Assembly: GCA_951406725.2 (NCBI GenBank)
Contig: OX597834.1
Location: 44,640,001-44,704,000 of the forward strand
Direction: 5' to 3'
DNA from: Octopus vulgaris
Lineage: Eukaryota
Length of the DNA: 64,000 nt
A model generated the notes under the pieces. The model had not been told where the DNA came from. It did no database searches and was given only the letters and a program-made list of their open reading frames with translations. Position numbers and translations under genes: made by a program. Below are positions 61,727-64,000 of this stretch, one piece after another. Numbering within the stretch: position 1 is the first letter of the stretch; each line of letters starts with the position of its first letter.

Positions 61727-63649
61727 TTATGTACAGTAGCAATATTTTTTCAAAAGACTGAGATGAATACAATCTGATTGATGTCCATAACGGTTTATTC
61801 GACTAATCTCTCCCAACAAGGATAATCGCTTTTTGTCACCGTAATACCTTACCGATCCTTCAAATAAACCTTCCCCGGGAAGCGTTTGCATAATAACTCG
61901 GTAATCTTTATAAGTCTGTACTCCTTTACCAAGGAAAGAAAGTACCTCGTCATTCATTCCTGAAAATTCAGCATTTTTTATTTTCTGTAATTTTAACCTG
62001 GCACACAAGTTTTTATAATTTAATGTCATATTGTTAATATAATTAACAAGGTAATTAGTTACTTCAATTACAATGTTGTCATCAACAGCAACTGGAGTAA
62101 AGACGCGACATGTACACCAGTGTGGTTTAATAGTTGCTGCCTCACAAGAACGATTTAAAGGGACCTTTTTGAACAGGCTGATTCGTTTGAGATTTTTATA
62201 GTCAATTTCATTAGATTTAGAACGTTCTGCTGCTTTTTCGATATCTAAGATATCTTGTAGGGTTTCATAGATATCAAAAGGTGTCGTTAGTCTGCGAGTG
62301 TTTACTTTAAGATTATTCCATAATGTCGGGAATTTATCTCTGAACCATTCAGGTAGAAGGATGTACATAGCAGGAAGTCGTTCTTCCAGTCGCCCAACAT
62401 AAGTCTTACGAAATGAACCAAATCTAATTCCATGATCAGAAAAGAAAAACAAAATGGTATTTTTGAGTAGATTTTGACTAAAAGATTTCTCAAGGATCCT
62501 CAGATATTCAAGATCACCTCGTCCTGCTTCATTCATGTCATCATGTGAAACACGTGTAATAAATGTTAGGGAGAAATACGGTTTATCTTTATACACTCTA
62601 ATGAAATCGTGTGTATATTGTAGAACTATCGCTGCTTCCATACGATTACCGAAACAATACCATTTATTTGACCAGAAGGAACGTTGTTCAGCCATTGCCA
62701 GGGCAAATGGCCTGAAATAATGATCAGTCGGTTGTTTTTTAAAACCATATCTCAAATAGTTAAACGTTGCTCCAGATGGTAAATCTTCTGCAAACATAGT
62801 TACGTAACCGGATTTATTGTAATGTTTCCAAAGTATATCGTGTTTGTCAAAAGGCTTCGACGCAGATTTATGTGGACCAAGTAGTTCTTCTACATACTTA
62901 CCAGTAAGAAATGGCACCATATTGAGAAATGTATTATCAGCCACTTTATTGTAACCAAACATTTCAAATGCTCCATGCTTTAATAAAAACTGACGAGTTA
63001 GTGGCATTTGCCGTATGAAATTCAATCGGGAAACTGAATCAACTCCAATTAAAAGAACATTCAGTGAAAGCTTGTTTGTTAAAATCGTATTTTTATTTGG
63101 ATGTTTTGAAATTTTATGTTCAAGGATATATGTTGGATTCTTTTTCTCAAGCAGCGATTCCTTCCTTTGGACAAATGCATGGAAATTGGTGTAAATAATT
63201 TTATTGTCTCTATTAAAGCATTGAACTTTTATAAATTCATGAGATACATTCACGTCTGATTTAAACTGTAACGATTCGTCCATGTATTCGATATGATTGT
63301 CGTCAATATCCTTCCGCACAATTGGATATATTTTACACAACTGAAAATTGTTTTTATACTCCTGTTTGATGAGGGTTTTATTAATTCTTAAAACGTTATC
63401 CTCTTGGTACGTCAGAGAGGCAATACCCGGGCAGGGCCGCCATACGCTTTTTGAGAAATATTTATATACGGAAATGTCGAATGGATCAATGGCTGGAATC
63501 TGACATGCTGTCGAATAAACCAAGAATTCGTGGAGTGGTTTTGGTTCCGTTGGTTCGATGTCTTCAATATTCAAACTGTAAATCCACATAGCATACAGGA
63601 AAATAATGGCACCACAAAACAAAATTGTGATTCTTTTCCACTTAAACAT
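61727..63649 (-). CDS. DUF229 family protein (alkaline phosphatase/sulfatase superfamily), type II membrane anchor, 640 aa, single coding exon
   Basis: Uninterrupted ORF with N-terminal TM segment and motifs NVLLIGVDSVSRLNFIRQMPLT, GYNKVADNT, FFSDHG, LEERLP, RLTTPFDIYETL, plus a Cys-rich C-terminus (HWCTC, KYCYC). Confidence 0.92.
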   Translation of the reverse strand: MFKWKRITILFCGAIIFLYAMWIYSLNIEDIEPTEPKPLHEFLVYSTACQIPAIDPFDISVYKYFSKSVWRPCPGIASLTYQEDNVLRINKTLIKQEYKNNFQLCKIYPIVRKDIDDNHIEYMDESLQFKSDVNVSHEFIKVQCFNRDNKIIYTNFHAFVQRKESLLEKKNPTYILEHKISKHPNKNTILTNKLSLNVLLIGVDSVSRLNFIRQMPLTRQFLLKHGAFEMFGYNKVADNTFLNMVPFLTGKYVEELLGPHKSASKPFDKHDILWKHYNKSGYVTMFAEDLPSGATFNYLRYGFKKQPTDHYFRPFALAMAEQRSFWSNKWYCFGNRMEAAIVLQYTHDFIRVYKDKPYFSLTFITRVSHDDMNEAGRGDLEYLRILEKSFSQNLLKNTILFFFSDHGIRFGSFRKTYVGRLEERLPAMYILLPEWFRDKFPTLWNNLKVNTRRLTTPFDIYETLQDILDIEKAAERSKSNEIDYKNLKRISLFKKVPLNRSCEAATIKPHWCTCRVFTPVAVDDNIVIEVTNYLVNYINNMTLNYKNLCARLKLQKIKNAEFSGMNDEVLSFLGKGVQTYKDYRVIMQTLPGEGLFEGSVRYYGDKKRLSLLGEISRINRYGHQSDCIHLSLLKKYCYCT

Positions 63650-63776
63650 TCTTTTTTCTTTTTAGTTATTACCTCAGGAAATCTGAAACAGATAATTTCT
63701 TATTGTGAATTTTACTTAAAACAATGAAATAGATACTTACTCATATAACATAACTACACACACAGAGATACACTCA

Positions 63777-63822
<46 letters not shown>

Positions 63823-64000
63823 TACACTCACACATTTATTAACAAGTTGGCTCAACTTCATATGATTCAAAGTAATATTGGTAGAGATACGCTCCTACAA
63901 CGACCAACCTACAGAGTCGGACTGAACTAGTTATTAATTCCTTACAACTCACACGATATGCACATGTACGTATATGTATGTGTACATGTATGTTTGTATG

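Overview
Eukaryotic, AT-rich genomic DNA crowded with microsatellites and tRNA-derived SINEs. The repeat landscape suggests an octopus (coleoid cephalopod) genome; this is inferred, not database-checked. Two protein genes can be supported, both on the minus strand. One is a 7-exon secreted chymotrypsin-like S1 serine protease (35364->25995, 262 aa, with a 16-nt microexon; all splice phases reconcile by hand). The other is a single-coding-exon DUF229 alkaline-phosphatase/sulfatase-fold protein (63649->61727). The rest is mobile DNA: four SINE types, a 5'-truncated Penelope-like retroelement (RT + GIY-YIG), CR1/L2-, R4/Dong- and L1/Tx1-like fragments, mariner remnants, MITEs and a mariner>hAT>SINE nest. 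The most striking unannotated signal is a set of at least four unrelated short non-coding elements in or beside (TA)n tracts. Most are built as inverted repeats, and each family carries a type I hammerhead ribozyme fold (7761+, 17572-, 25320-, 43533+, 43845-/43859+, degenerate 46983+), including non-canonical core variants. Most short ORFs in the track are microsatellite artefacts.
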